In this document: piece after piece, positions 24,528 to 38,728 of the stretch
How positions within the stretch are numbered: position 1 is the stretch's first letter
How the letters are laid out: each line of letters opens with the position of its first letter
Assembly (NCBI GenBank): GCA_051362555.1
Contig: CM120642.1
Location: 16,368,001 to 16,432,000, forward strand
DNA: 64,000 bases
Reading direction: 5' to 3'
From: Lingula anatina
Taxonomy: Eukaryota; Animalia; Brachiopoda
Notes under the pieces: generated by a model
The model's input: only the letters and a program-made list of their open reading frames with translations
The model's database searches: none
Told to the model about the DNA's origin: nothing
Made by a program: the position numbers and the translations under genes

Positions 24528-27500
24528 GCACTTTTACCGATAACACGATAAGTGGAAAACCATTTTACCTTTTGACTTGAAACTTGCAGAACTGATGAAT
24601 ATTCATAATACGCAGGTCAAGTTCGAAAATCAGCATGATCGGGTCACTTTTAGGGAATTTATGCTGTTTTTTCACTTTTTTCAGCATATATGCAGCACCG
24701 ATAACACGATAAGTGGAAAACCATTTTACCTTTTGACTTGAAACTTACAGAACTGATGAAAATTCATAATACGCAGGTCAAGTTCGAAAATCAGCATGAT
24801 GGGGTCACTTTTAGGGAATTTATGCTGTTTTTTCACTTTTTTCAGCATATATGCAGCACCGATAACACGATAAGTGGAAAACCATTTTACCTTTTGACTT
24901 GAAACTTACAGAACTGATGAATATTCATAATACGCAGGTCAAGTTCGAAAATCAGCATGATCGGGTCACTTTTAGGTAATTTATGCTGTTTTTTTCACTA
25001 TTTTCAATATAAATGCAACACTGATAACACAATATAAGAAAAACGGATTGGCCAATTGTAATTATACTCACAGGAGTGGTCAATCTTACTAAAACGCAGG
25101 TTGAGTTCGAAAATAAGCATAATCGGGCCATTACTTAAGAAGTTATACTGTTTTTTCACATTTCCTCAGATTCAATTATTAGGCATGTTAACAGTCTCAT
25201 TATTTAACTAATAAGATGCCTAAAAGTGTTTGTTTGATATTTCCTGCATCTTTACAACATTGTTAGTTGATTATGTAAAAAACATGGTAAACTTGTTATC
25301 ATGTATTGTGTAATAAAGTGTCAAAAATGGAAATAAACTCATATCATTGCAGTTTGTCAGATTCAATCATCCACTATGTTCAGAAACTCAGAATGGAGGA
25401 AATTGGACATTTAACACTGTTCTATTGATACTTTTCCCATCTCATCAATTTTCTTAGTTGGACATATAAAAATGGCAGTAAAATGTTTATTTTGTTTTAT
25501 GTTAAAAAAGTGTTAAAAATGGAAATAAACCCATTTCAGAACAGTGCTGTCTTGTTTACATTTTGGCATTATCAAGGCGTGACTTTGAAGTTCCATGGGC
25601 CTGAAGACCTTTGCTAGTCACATTTTCTGAATATCTGTGATACAAATATTTTATAATTAAAAATTGATGGTCATTTAGCTGTTAAACATTATGTAATATT
25701 GCATCAAAATTTGAAGAAACCCCCATTTCGGGCACTGCTTCCATGATGACCATTTAAGGAAAATCATGTCACTTACTGTTCTCAAACTTACAGGATAGAA
25801 ACATGGGACTAAAATACAGCTTCAGTAGGCAATGCAGTCTGTTTGGTATTTTTTTTTTTTTTTTTTTTTTTTTTTGGCAGTTAAACAGTTTTTTGTGAAA
25901 ATTAAATTTTTCACATATTGGCATTTTCAAGGTGTGACTTTAAAGTTCCATGATACTGAAGACTTTTGCTTGTCACATTTTCTGAATGTCTATGTTACTA
26001 ATATTTTATTAATAACATTTGATTGTCATTATGCTATTAAACATTATGTAATGTTGCATCAAAATTTGAAGAAACCCCTATTTTGGGCACTGCTCCTATG
26101 ATGACCATTTAAGGGAAATCATGTCACTTACTGTTCTCAAACTTACAGGAAAGAAACATGGGTCTAACATACAGCTTCAATAGGCAACGCAGTCTGTTTG
26201 GTAAAATTTTCTGGCAATTTAACAGTTTTTTGTGAAAATTTAATTTTTCACTTATTTGCATCTTTATTTCACTTTTCTCAGCATATATGCAGCACCGATA
26301 ACACGATATGTGAAATACCATTTTACCTTTTGGCTTGAAACTTACAGAACTGATGAATATTCATAATACGCAGGTCAAGTTTGAAAAACAGCATGATAGA
26401 GCCACTTTTATAGAAGTTATGCTGTTTTTTCATTTTTTTAGCATATATACAACACTGATAATACAATATAAGAAAAACAGATAGGCAAATTGTCATTTTA
26501 CTCACAAGAGTGGTCAATCTTACTAAAACATAGGTTGAGTATGAAAATCAGCATAATCGGTCCATTATTTTAGAAGTTATTCTTTTTTTTTACATTTCCT
26601 CAGATTCAATTCTTAGGCATGTTAATAGTCTCATTATTGAACTAATAAGATACATAAAAGTGTTTGTTTGACATTTCCTGCATCTTTACAACATTGTCAG
26701 TTGATTATGTAAAAATGATGGTAAATTGTGTATCATGTATTGTGTAATGAAGTGTCAAAACTGGAAATAAACACATATCATTGCAATTTGTCATATTCAA
26801 TCATCCACTATGTTCAGAATCTTAGATGGAGGAAATTGGACATTTAACACTGTTCTATTGATATTTTCCCCATCTCATCAATTTTATTAGTTGGTCATAT
26901 AAAAATGGCAGTTAATTGTTAATTTTGTTTTATGTTAAAAAAGTGTTAAAAATGGAAATAAACCCATTTCAGAAAAGTGCTGTCTTGTTTACATTTTGGC
27001 ATTTTCAAGATGTGACTTTGAAGTTCCATGGTCCTGAAGACCTTTGCTGGTCACATTTTCTGAATATCCATGATACTAATATTTTATTATTAAAAATTGA
27101 TGGTCATTATGCTGTTAAACATTATGTAATATTGCATCAAAATTTGAAGAAACCCCTATTTTGGGCACTGTTCCCATGATGATCATTTAAGGAAAATCAT
27201 ATCACTCACTGTTCTCAAACTTACAGGAAAGAAACATGGGACTAAAATATAGCTTCAGTAGGCAATGCAGTCTGTTTGGTAAATTTTTCTGGCAATTAAA
27301 CAGTTTTTTGTGAAAATTTAATTATTCATTTATTGGCATTTTCAAGGTGTGACTTAGAACCTCCACGGGCTTGAAGACCTTTGCTAGTCACATTTTCTGA
27401 ATATCCATGATACTAATATTTTATTATTAAAAATTGATGGTCATTATGCTGTTAAACATTATGTAATGTTGCATCAAAATAGAAGAAAACATAATTTTTG

Positions 27501-28947
27501 GTGTTGCTGCCATGATGACCATTATGGGAAAATCATGTTACTTACGACTCAATCTTTCAAAAAAAGTTGGAAAAGCAGTCTAATTGGCTTCTTTTTCTGG
27601 AATTTATACATTTTAGTGAAATATTCATTATTATCTTTTTGGCATATTCATTGTGGGACTCAGAACTCCCATGGACATGAAGCTGAATGGTAATCAAATT
27701 TTCTACATGTCCTTGCTATTCATAGTCAATAATAAAAAATTGGTGATCATTATTCTATAAATTATTATGTAATGTTACATCAAAATTGACAAAAATATTT
27801 TTGTACTGCTTCTGCAAACATTATGGAAAGAAAACTGTGTTACCTATTATTGTGTTTAACTTACAAGTATGATTTTTAGGATTGGCATGCAGTTCAAATT
27901 AGAAAGCCAGCTCAATTGGGTTATCATTTATTATTGAATTTATGCAATTTTGTGTTAAATTTTCATTTTTCTCATTCTGGCTCTTTCTAATTGTAAATTT
28001 GAACTTTGATGGACCTGAAGCCTTATGCTTTTACTTTCGTCGTTGTTACCTGTTCTGCATAATTAAAATTTGATATTGACTGTGCAGTTAAACATAATGT
28101 ACTATTGCATCAGAATTGGCAGTCTCCTATTTTTGTGCATTATTGTTTTGTGCTTTTCTTAAGCTGTGTCTTATGGGACAAATTTGTGTGGTCAGTCTGT
28201 AAATTCCCCTTGGGTATTCACTAGGCTAAGTTTAGTGCTATAAACTCATTTGCCTGATTAAGTGGCCATTAAATGAGATTTCATAAATCACACTTGTTGA
28301 TATTTCCCTGTAAACTCCCAAAGGTTAAGCTCTCTGCTAGATAACAGTGTCCATAATAAGGAAGCACTGAATAGCAGCTTCATTAGATTATATTTTTGTT
28401 GTTTTCTTTTTAATTTCTTCTCCAACACTGGCATTTTTAAGATGTGACTTTCCCATCCACCTGAGGCTCTGCACAATTTCTGTATTTCCACGTAAGCAGT
28501 TGTATTGGTATTCATGTCTTTAAACACTGGTAATATTATTTTATGCACTGTCATCATTTTTCTTATATTGGGACTTTCATCATGTGAATTTTAACTCTCA
28601 TGGTCATGAAACTATAATCTTATTGAAGGGGTGGATTGAGACCATCTTCTGGGTCTCCTGGAAGACAGTTAGATTTTTTATATTGATGGGTATCTATTTT
28701 TTTCTTTTGGAAGACCATCAAAATGGAAGATGGATCAATAAAGATACTTTAGAATACTGTCAAAAATATTTCTGGATCTGCTCCTGTTATTGACCATGTT
28801 ACCTGTTGTGCATAATGAAAAATCAGTGTTGACTGACTGCTATTATAAGCATTATTTATTGTTGCATCAAAATTGACAAAATGACCTCTTTTGCATCTTT
28901 TTTTTCTGTTTTTTGTCTGTACATTTGACAGCTTTGCTGCCTTGTTT
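24429..28947 (+). mobile_element. Complete non-autonomous Helentron (HINE/DINE-1-like) element, ~4.5 kb
   Basis: 5' end TTTTTATGtacagacac-agat-gtgtctgtaCATATAG (subTIR plus inverted repeat), then a (cgtcgc)n microsatellite and ~161-bp tandem monomers (24539, 24700, 24861...). 3' end tgtctgtacat + hairpin gacagc-ttt-gctgcc + ttgttt. T-rich flanks. Confidence 0.85.
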
Positions 28948-29108
28948 ACTTGGTTGCCATAAGTTATTTAGGTAATTTTTAATTATTATTTTTATCAAAT
29001 ATGTGAACAAAACATGTGCATTCATACATTTAAAATCTGTAATTAAAATGAACGAATACAATAAATACGACACGACTAAAATTAGTTGTTAGCAGGAAAG
29101 TAAACATT

Positions 29109-30390
29109 GGAAATTCCCAAAGCACCTGAACACCTACGTCATCAACACAGTTAAATATAGGTTTCGTTTCAATTCATCCTTTTCCTTCGATCGCTATGTT
29201 GCACTTTCTCAACACAATTGTTTCTCTATAATGCCAAATGTTTGTGGCTGTTCCCCAACTAAATGTTTTATGCAGGGATGAGAATTTCAGCGGATTTCCA
29301 ACTTTTTGGGAGTCAAAAATATCATTGGCCTAGGCGGCCCCTTGGACCTCACGCCATATTGTCCGACCTTTATCACTAAATGACAGTCTCATCCCTATTT
29401 TATGCCGTTTTCAAGGTAGAATACAGTGACAGAACTAAACACATTACAGACTATGTATTAGAGTAGAAAGTAGCCGAATTTCTTGAAACTTGAGTTCAAC
29501 CAGAGTGAAGAATTGTTTTTTTTTTCCACCTGGGGCCCGTCTCGCAAAGGAATTTCATAGTTAAATTAAACAAAGATTTTAATCTTTAAAATGTCTTTTT
29601 TGGCCCAAGATAGATCAGAAGTAGTCTAGTTACACGTGCAATGTAAGTGAAATATCTTACCTACTTTACTATTACAAAAAGAAAGACATACCATATGTTT
29701 CAGATCAATAATTATTTCATTTAAATGGACTGCTATGAACTTACCTTGAACGGAAGTAAACCAAATTTCTGGTTTAAAACTAAGCTTAGACTGTTTTTGG
29801 GGACTTAAGATGGTTTGAGGAACCTCCCCCTAGGATCCAATACACGTAGGGGCCTACATGTATGTCAGTATGAAACATGCAGTTTCGTGCGTTAACACTT
29901 CTATTTCCTGCCTCTGATATGTGCTCATCAGTACATTGGTATATAGAGCCCGGATCTCACCGCCAACAGTGGCCGAACCACTGCTCCAAGACAACAGATT
30001 CGCAGCCGTCTGTATCCTTTAACTTACCTTACCTGAGAATACAAAAAAGTTTTTAAAGTGTACATACCTTTAATCTTTGCTACTACTGATGCAGTTTTCA
30101 GATGGTCCCTCAAAGGTCGAACCGGCGTAAACGGTCAGGATCCAGTCAAATTTATCCACCTGACTTTAGCGCTTAACACCCGTCCACGATCTATTAAATT
30201 CGGCAAGTCAAAGTCTCCTTACTAGAATGAAAGTTGACTAAAACTGCGCAAGTGTTTTCTGTCCACAATAACAAATGTATTTATAGGTGGAAAAAATAAC
30301 TGGTTACGTAGGTATGCTAAAAAGAGAGGGGGAATCCCCAGGCTTAATTTAGATTATAAAATCCCTGTTGAATGCTGCGCGAGGGAATCC
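29109..30390 (-). promoter_or_regulatory. Putative immune-inducible promoter/first non-coding exon of GBP
   Basis: NF-kB-like GGAAATTCCC 29109-29118, GGGGAATCCCC 30329-30339 and GGGAATCC 30383-30390; IRF-like GTTTCGTTTC 29161-29170; TATAAAT at ~30279-30285 (-). Donor AAG|GTATGT at 30068; the GBP ATG sits directly after an acceptor AG at 23896. Confidence 0.5.
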
Positions 30391-30805
30391 ACGGAATCAC
30401 TTAGTTCTAAACTTTAAAACATGGATCTTTTTCAAAAGGGACAAATCTTTGCACAATATTTACTGCCGTAATCTATTCATCTTATTATGACAAGACGTAT
30501 TTATTTATTTTTGTATTTATATATTTAATACACTTGTCTTATACGTGCGTATGCATTGTGATTGTCTACTATAGCGTGGCCCAGTACTTATACATATTAA
30601 AAGTTTAAGAGAACATGGCTGTTTAATATCCATCTTAGCAATTCTTCCATACAAAATGGACGTCTGAATGATTTCAATAGGTCTGCATGTAAGGTTGCAC
30701 TTATTATCAGTTTAATATCTTTTTTTCTAAATTAGACAACAGCCCCACATACAGTTTGGAAGAAATTTGAATCTTGGCGTAGGTATACCCAAATGCATGT
30801 AATTA

Positions 30806-31663
30806 TCAATATTCAAATATCTGACATCTTGCAGCACATGCCAGTCGTCTAGACATTCTATCCGCTATAATTAACTGTCCGTTTTGATTCATGGCAATTG
30901 CAGTTGGTAAACTGAGATGACATTTTTCCGGCACATGCGACCTCAACAGCCAATCAGGTCCTAAAACCGCCACTCGACTGTTTAACCAATCAGCGACAAG
31001 TATTTCCCCAAATGCGTTGGAACATATTCCCCATGGGGAATTAAGTTGGCCATCTCCACATCCTGCCACGTTTGAAACCCCGTATTTAAAGATGGTATCG
31101 CCCTGGGGTGTCACCCCATAAACGCAATGTGTCCCATGGTCCGTCACAGCTAGAATACCACCGTGTAAGCCCTGAATGGCAATATGTTTGGGAGTTTTAC
31201 AAACCGCAATGCTGATTCGATCAACCAAACGGGCCGTCTCGACATCGTACACGCAAACTAGTTTTTTGACTTCGTCGCAGACAAAGACTTGTCCTCGCGC
31301 GTTGGTTGTCACACTGACAGGGAAAACCATGTCTCCCTGGGCAAACCTGTGCACCGCCCCGGGTCTACTTGGGATTACCCAACAGCCATCCGAACAGGAC
31401 ACAATGGTTTTGCCATTACCTATGGAACAAACTGCTGTTGGTTCGGGTAATGCCGTTTCAGCTATCAACTCATGACTTTCGGAATAGTGCTTCAATTTTT
31501 TGTTGTCATTATCTATAAAGAACTGATCCCCTTGTTCATTGCAGGTCAAGTCGCTGATCCAAGGGTCGTCTGTGTCTGTGGGTGTCTTCAACCGAAATGA
31601 CTGGAACCACTTTGCAGTTTTTGGACGCTGACAACTTGACCTCTTCCACTTCAATTTCAGCAT
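30806..31663 (-). CDS. Stand-alone NHL-repeat beta-propeller protein (TRIM2/3/71-type NHL domain without RING/B-box), single exon
   Basis: NHL blades FPVSVTTNARGQVFVCD, GCGDGQLNSPWGICSNAFGEILVADWLNSRV and PTAIAMNQNGQLIIAD. First ATG at 31663; TATAAA at ~31786-31791 (-). Confidence 0.88.
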   Translation of the reverse strand: MLKLKWKRSSCQRPKTAKWFQSFRLKTPTDTDDPWISDLTCNEQGDQFFIDNDNKKLKHYSESHELIAETALPEPTAVCSIGNGKTIVSCSDGCWVIPSRPGAVHRFAQGDMVFPVSVTTNARGQVFVCDEVKKLVCVYDVETARLVDRISIAVCKTPKHIAIQGLHGGILAVTDHGTHCVYGVTPQGDTIFKYGVSNVAGCGDGQLNSPWGICSNAFGEILVADWLNSRVAVLGPDWLLRSHVPEKCHLSLPTAIAMNQNGQLIIADRMSRRLACAARCQIFEY

Positions 31664-32740
31664 GATGCATGTTTTAACCTTGGCGGACAACGCAAAACGT
31701 TGCCTTAAGCATTTATGATTTAAATAAACATTCTCTTGTGTACTCAATACAGACGAAATGTTTAAAAAAGCGCAAAACTGGCTGCTTTATATCCCTAGGG
31801 TTCCTTCTGCTTTTTCAAATTCGCTGAAAATCATCCGCACCTTTCCAGGTTTTCATATCTACTAGGCGACTGCGTTTTAAGTACCTTATATTGAAGTGGT
31901 TTATCAGTCCGTTTCTTCATATATATATAAACACACATATATGACCCGGGGTGTTATCTCCGTGTTGATAACGCTCACTTAATGCGCCATAACTACAACT
32001 GTAAATCATTTTATCCAATTCAAATGTTAGGTAGGAAATTAACATTCAACGTATTCTTCCGGTAGTTCTGCGAATCGACAGTCCTGTTCATTGTGAAAAT
32101 ACCTACACTTCATAATTCAACCATCGATTACAGCATTATGCTTAAAACAATTCCATCAACAATTTTAATTCACTCAAAGAAAGACCCTTTGAACATGCAA
32201 ACTAAAGACACATGACCGCTTGTAGATATTGAACAATTTTTCAATTGTTCGCATCATTTTCCTTATCGCAAGAAGATTTACCATGCGGAATGGCTGTCGT
32301 CTGCCGCTTATCTAATCGATACAGGTAACGCGTGCTATGTTTCATGGTTATGTCATCATAAAAGCTTGATATATTATCTGTTCGAGACGTAGACCGCTGT
32401 CGACGACACTTCAATGAATGTGTCCGTAATAGTCCATAAGGTCTAGTCGGAAAATTCGCGTAGAAACGTACATACTATTCCATTTTTGAGATGTAATTTT
32501 TTGAGAGTGAAAGTATCTTATGTAGGATTTTTGCGCTGATTTTGTTGGAGAAAAAAACCATTGCACCCCAGCGATGTCAGATGACTAGGTTTTGTGCCAT
32601 TTCTTAATGGACACGTTATTTCTAAATGAATTTAGATTCTTTAAGAGTCTTCTTGACATTTCTGGAAATATCGACATCGGGCACTCCTATTTGACGGGTT
32701 TCATCGTCTAGATTGGGAAAGAAGTTGGATATTAAGACAC

Positions 32741-33600
32741 AAAACAAGGCAGCAAAGCTGTCAAATGTACAGACACAAAACAGAAAATAAAGATGCAAAA
32801 TAGGTCATTTTGTCAATTTTGATTCAATAATAAATAATGCTTATAATAGCACAGTCAGTTAACACTGATTTTTAATCATGCACAACAGGTAACATGCTCA
32901 ATAACAGGAGCAGATCCAGAGATATTTTCTGACAGTATTCCAAAGTATCTTTGTTGATCCATCCTCCACTTTTGATGGTCTTCCAACAGAAAAAAATTGA
33001 TACCAGTCAATGTAAACTTAAATATCTGACCGTCATCTGAAAGACCCAGAAGACGGCCTCAATCCACCCCTGCAATAAGATTACAGTTTCTGGACCATGA
33101 GAATTCAAATTCAGATAACAAAAATCCCAATATTTAAAAAATGTTGACAGTACATAAAATAATATTACATAATGTTTAAAGACATAAAAACCTATGCAAC
33201 TGCTTATTAAATGTGGAAATATAGAAAATCTAAAGAGCTTCAGGTGGATGGGAGTTGAAAATGCCAGTGTTTAGGAAAAAAAATTAAAAAGAAAACACAC
33301 AAAAAAAAAAACAATAAAAAAATTCCAATAAAGCTGCTATTCAAACTTTTAATCTTGCTGTATTACATGATATGAATAACCCCAATGTGTTTGAGGATAA
33401 TAAGGCGCTGTTATTCATCTATAGCATTAATGTTAGCATTACACAAATTTTTTCTTTTGTAAACTTATTTGCAATATTAAACAACATTTACCTGCATAAT
33501 TATCACCAATTCCTAAATATGTGACCCAGTTAAGAGAGCTTAACCTATAGAAAATACAGAAAATGTGCAGAGCCTTAGGCGGATGAGAGTTAAAAGTCAC
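32741..33600 (-). mobile_element. 3'-terminal fragment of the HINE family
   Basis: aaacaaggcagcaaagctgtcaaatgtacagac terminus at 32741. The following ~800 bp is colinear with 50677-51484. Confidence 0.85.
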
Positions 33601-34469
33601 AAATTATAAAGGAAAACACACGTAGGAACTGCAAGTCTTCAAAATGGTTGAATAAGTTTAAATCAGTGAAAAGGGATCCAAAAAATATTTTTTCATTTTA
33701 ATACTTATCATTCATCAGCTTTTGCATTTTCCATCTATTTTATCTCAGCTGCTTATGATAAGTGTTTAAATCATCAATTAATTCTCGTAAAATATAAATA
33801 GTTTAAGTCATGAATAATCCTTAGATATACACCCAATGCATATTTTCAAAGATGCCAGTGTGTTATTGTGATGTTATACAAGTTGTTATTATTTTAACAA
33901 AAGTTAAAAGAAAATGATAAAAAAAACCCCAGACTAAGATATGGGTCCCGTGGCAATCTTCCTTCTACAATTTAAGTGTGAATTACTAGTAACTATGAAA
34001 ACAGGAACTCACAAACAATATTACAATCACCATTTACCGAATCTGTATTAATTATTACTTTCAACCTTAAAACATTTAAGTCAACCATGAAACAATCTAT
34101 AAGAGAATTGAATTGTGTTAATGGTATGGCAACTCCTGAGAACATCTTCAGTTATAATATAATGGCAGTGTTCCAAAACCACGATACATATTAAATACAG
34201 GCTTGCTTAAATCTTAAACAGAAAGGAAGTATTATCAAGTGTTGCACCTGCTCAGCAAAGCTGCAAATTTTATTTTGCAGCATCACAATTTCACTAGCAC
34301 AAATCAGTAATAATTGTTAGTATATTTGTAACATATTTAATATTCGTCATTTGCCTCTAATCATCGCTAAACATTATTTAAATATTACTACACATATTTA
34401 TGATAAATGTATGCATATTTGTAATAACTAAATTTTGTCATTTGCTACGGGAATGGGGGGGGGGGGTCT

Positions 34470-34980
34470 TAAAAATAAAAATTTTGGGCCGCAATTCCCA
34501 CAGCAAATATGAAGGAGTACCAGTAGATAAGGCCGGTGCCATGAAAGTGAGGGTCCGTGTGACAGAAAGTCCGTCCTCCATATAGTTAGGGTTAGTTTGA
34601 CCTAAGTAGGTCAAAATCTAGGGCGAGGCTCACTTGTACAAATGAATGGGAAGCGGACTCTCTGTCATGGGGGACTTTCTGGTACATGTCACCGGTGATG
34701 GCACAGAAATGGGAAAATTCTTGGTTTTGTCTAGTTTTGCTTGCATTATACATTTATATAAAATCTGATTCTCAAAATAAATGCAATCGGCAAGTATTAT
34801 GCTACAGGGATGGGAGTGAGGTGTTCTTAAGAATAAAAAAATTGGGCCTTAATTCCCTCAGCAAATATAAAATAGTGCCAGTAGATAAGGACAATAATGG
34901 CACAAGGATGGAAAAAATCTTGGTTTTGTCTAGTTTTGCTTGCTATATGCATTTATATAAAAAATTGGGCCTCAATTCCC

Positions 34981-35020
<40 letters not shown>

Positions 35021-35070
35021 GTGCCAGTAGATAAGGATAACAATGGCACAGGAATGGGAAAAAAACTAGT
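34470..35070. repeat. Three degenerate direct repeats, the first interrupted by a CCGGTG-ended MITE (34533-34695)
   Basis: ttgggcc.caattccc.cagcaaa...ccagtagataagg...atggcaca.gaatgg.aaa recurs three times. The insert ccggtgccatgaaagt...ttagggttag...actttctggtacatgtcaccgg resembles the 701-925 MITE. Confidence 0.7.
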
Positions 35071-38000
35071 TTTTTTCTCGTTTTACTTGTGTTATACCCC
35101 TGTAGTCAAGAACATATACATTTATACACAATGTACCCCTTCGTTAACATTAAGAGGTGTTGGGTTCTTAAATCTACAGTGGGATTTATTTAAGTAAGAT
35201 AGTTACTTAATTTGACTCAGGAAAGTCTAGGTAACGGCTCGAGTTCCTGGGGCTCCGTAACTTAAAAGCATCGCGTATTGCGAACGGCGATATCACATAG
35301 AGGCTACAGTGTATTACATGGGGCGAGCATGGGCAAGTAATGGAATCGAGACGCTTGCGCTCGGTCGCAATGCGCGCTGCTTTCGAGTTACGGGGCCCGG
35401 GAGAGCAAAGTAACGCAGCACCACAGCTTTGTATCCAAAAACCAAAATTCAACTCATTACCTGGACATCGGCTAGTTTTATGGAAGAAATTGGAGTGACA
35501 GAAATAGTGACGAGATTGTAAAAGTTTAAGTGAGAGGCGAAAGAGGATTATTTCTACTAATGATTAAACAAGCATACATGCGAGTCCATTTAAATTTATT
35601 TGCAAGTCTCGCTTTTTTTTAGCGATCTGTACACGACCACTTTTTTTACAAAAAAAAAAAAAAAAAAAAAAAGAAAATTATAGAATATTTTTTATTCAAC
35701 TATTATGTACAATTTTGAATATTTACAGCTGATTTAAAAAGGACTAATAATCAGTAATGCACTACGTAAACGCAATGAATTATTACATAGCAGTATTATC
35801 AAAAGTTCTAAGATTTTCCACCGTCTTCATCTAGCGTCGGAACGCACACAGTCCGATAATGCAGGTCTTGTGGTCGGAAACTGGTACCAGATGCTCTCGG
35901 GCCGTGGGGAAAAACCCGTCTAAACCCTTCGTGGGGAATGCCGGGAAAGTGCCCACGCCCGGATAATTCGGTCCTTATAACATGACGAAATCGGTTTCTA
36001 TTGGCACGGCGCTGCGTACAGTTCAAGAATCGTCCCGTTTTAGACAGCATTGTGAGATGGAATAACCTTTGTCTTGACTAACTATTCTCTATATATACCC
36101 CGGTACTATACACGAGGTGAAGCATAAAAACTTATTGAAGTAATTCTTACAGAAAAAGGCACTGAAGCCAATAAAAAACTAACAAGAGACATAACAATTA
36201 AACAATCATTTTGACTTTATCTTGGAGAATTAAAACCATAAATAAAGTTAATCATTTTACAACTGCAAGCATCTTTCAAAACTTGATTATAGTTCTCTTT
36301 ATGATAAAATGCAAACAGATTCAAGTAATATGATTATAACTCGGGAATATCAATGATTTCAACTAAACTTTGATATATAATTCGACTTAAAATACCAGGT
36401 TTCTAAAATGTAACTTTGCACTGAAATCGCAACTACCTGCATGATACAAGTACAGAATAAAGCAAGCTTGCTTCAAAATATTTCGGATCTCACATTACAC
36501 TGTATGACGGCCCATGTAAATTTCAATCTGAATTTTTTTGATCCGGAGAAAAGGTGCATATGTGATGAAGTGGATGTATTTGTCAACTATAACACTTGAG
36601 AAAATCTGAATATTAGTAATGTGATCTCTATCTTGAGAGATGACAGCATCTCTCAAGAAGAGCAGACTGTACAAAAAATATAATGAAATATTTTCTCACA
36701 CGTAAAATATTTCATTACAGATTTTGCACAATCTATCAATGTAAAATCTCTTCATGTAAAAGCGTTTACATGAAGTCAGATTTTACAAAGATGTGAGGGT
36801 TTGTTAGTAAGGTTAGTGTGCAGGTTAAGACCTTTTCAAATGCCATACTGACAAACAACTCCACATCATCAAAAGCACAAATTTGAAAAATGACCATCTC
36901 AGATTGAAACAAAACACAGACGACCACAAGTGGTGGGAATGTTTTTGTGAGCAAAAAACTATCTGCATTCAGAATGTGGATAAAGCAACTCTATATTCAA
37001 ATTTATTAATATAATAATTATAGCAACTGTAGAGGTAGACTTTTCCTACAGAAGCACACATCTTATTCAATTGATCTTGTATGGAATGAAGAATTATCTT
37101 GAACCTCAGTTTTCTCTTCTGTTATTGAAATAAAATGGTTCACTGCATAAGGCATAAAATACAAATGAAATTTGATGCAATTTCACCTTGACATGTTTGT
37201 GACCCATGAACCCCAAATATTCTCAGCATCCAAAAGACTGATACATTATTAGACTGTATTCCCACTACATTCAGTACTGTATATTGCCTTCATTACCATT
37301 CCACATTCTTTATATTTGTTTGCAGAACAAGCCGTGTCCTTCAACACCAAAACTCGTGGGATGTCCGAGCATCCATGAAAGTGTCCAAAGGGCTCCTTGC
37401 TAACGCTGCACAGTGTTCAACATCTTGGACATTTGGTCTTGGGTCGACGTTATCTGACATCATGCAGGCGTAATTATTGGAAAACTCCCAATTCGTAGCC
37501 TACAAATGAAATCCAACTTTTACTCAAAAGTATGAAAAGCTATATCGAAAGCTCGCAGTAACTGCAACAAAGAAAGTATATCACTGGTATTTACACACCG
37601 TTAACATTAATGAAAAGGTTGGTTCTTAAAATGATCAGAGCGTTATTTCCAAATGTACAGTGAAATATGCTTCCTTTATTGAAATATATATATTAACTTT
37701 TTAGAGTAAGTAGACAGCAGTCTTCAAAAAATAAATTATTTCAAACATTTGACAAAAAAGTAAGAAAAGATGTTGCTATATTGAATATTGTAATGTTAGC
37801 CTACATGTTAAATTGTTGACTGTCTGTGCTACTTCTAATTCTACTGTTTGTTTACATAGGATATAGTTTTTGATCACTGTCAATAATAAGAAACGCCATT
37901 ATACACCAATAATAATACTTAAAAAATTCAGAACCACTTTTCTTAAGTTGTTGATCCCCAATAACTTACAAAGTTATCTGTATAAAGATCCCTCAATCCT

Positions 38001-38728
38001 GAAGAAGTGTTTCATCTGGAGTTGCAATCTTCATTTTTAGAATCCACCACTTTTGGTAGCCTGCAAATTTAAATTATTACTTCAAAATGTAATAAAAGTC
38101 AACCATTTGTATATGGAATGTGTTTTTAAAGTTTCAGCAGTTTGATGGGAAATAAATATCAAAAGCACTTTTGTCACAAACTTGGAAAAAACATTCAAGC
38201 GAAATATTTTGACATTATATTTTGACATTATATTTTGGGTATTGCACAAATTAGTTTTAACGAAGGAAAAGGAACACTAACAGCATTTAAACGACTCTAC
38301 TCAAAGACAAGTTTAAGTAAAGCCTGAACAATCTATATCCAGCGGGAGGAGTGTACTAGTATTCCATCAAGTGTTTAATTTGTGAAGGATTTATATGGGA
38401 GAGACAAAGAGAAAGTTGAACGTTAGAGTTAAAGAACACGGGAAGGAATAAGAAAGGGTACCCGAAGAGGGAAAAATACACTACAGCCCAAGGTAGCCTT
38501 CTGCTACAACGAACCATCACAAAAAAACATTGATTGGGAGAGTGCCAATATTCTACAAAAAGAAAGTGACTGGAGAACAAGAGGCGTAAAGGGAGGCATA
38601 CAAACCAGGAAAATGCCTAACAATCTGAACAATATAGAGAGATGGAAATAAATACTCACTTCTACGGTGGCCTTTTATTACCACAACCACAGCACTGGAG
38701 GTGGGGGTGGTAGCTGCTAGTATACAAT

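Noticed and set aside
25832-29073. Short ORFs within the HINE (also 49237-57750)
   Set aside because: No Rep/helicase/endonuclease motifs, and frames are not conserved between copies.
31743-35470. Distal ATGTCCAG|GTAATG exon (~35460) spliced in frame to the NHL ORF
   Set aside because: It requires a rare GAG acceptor; a proximal TATA and ATG explain the gene more simply.
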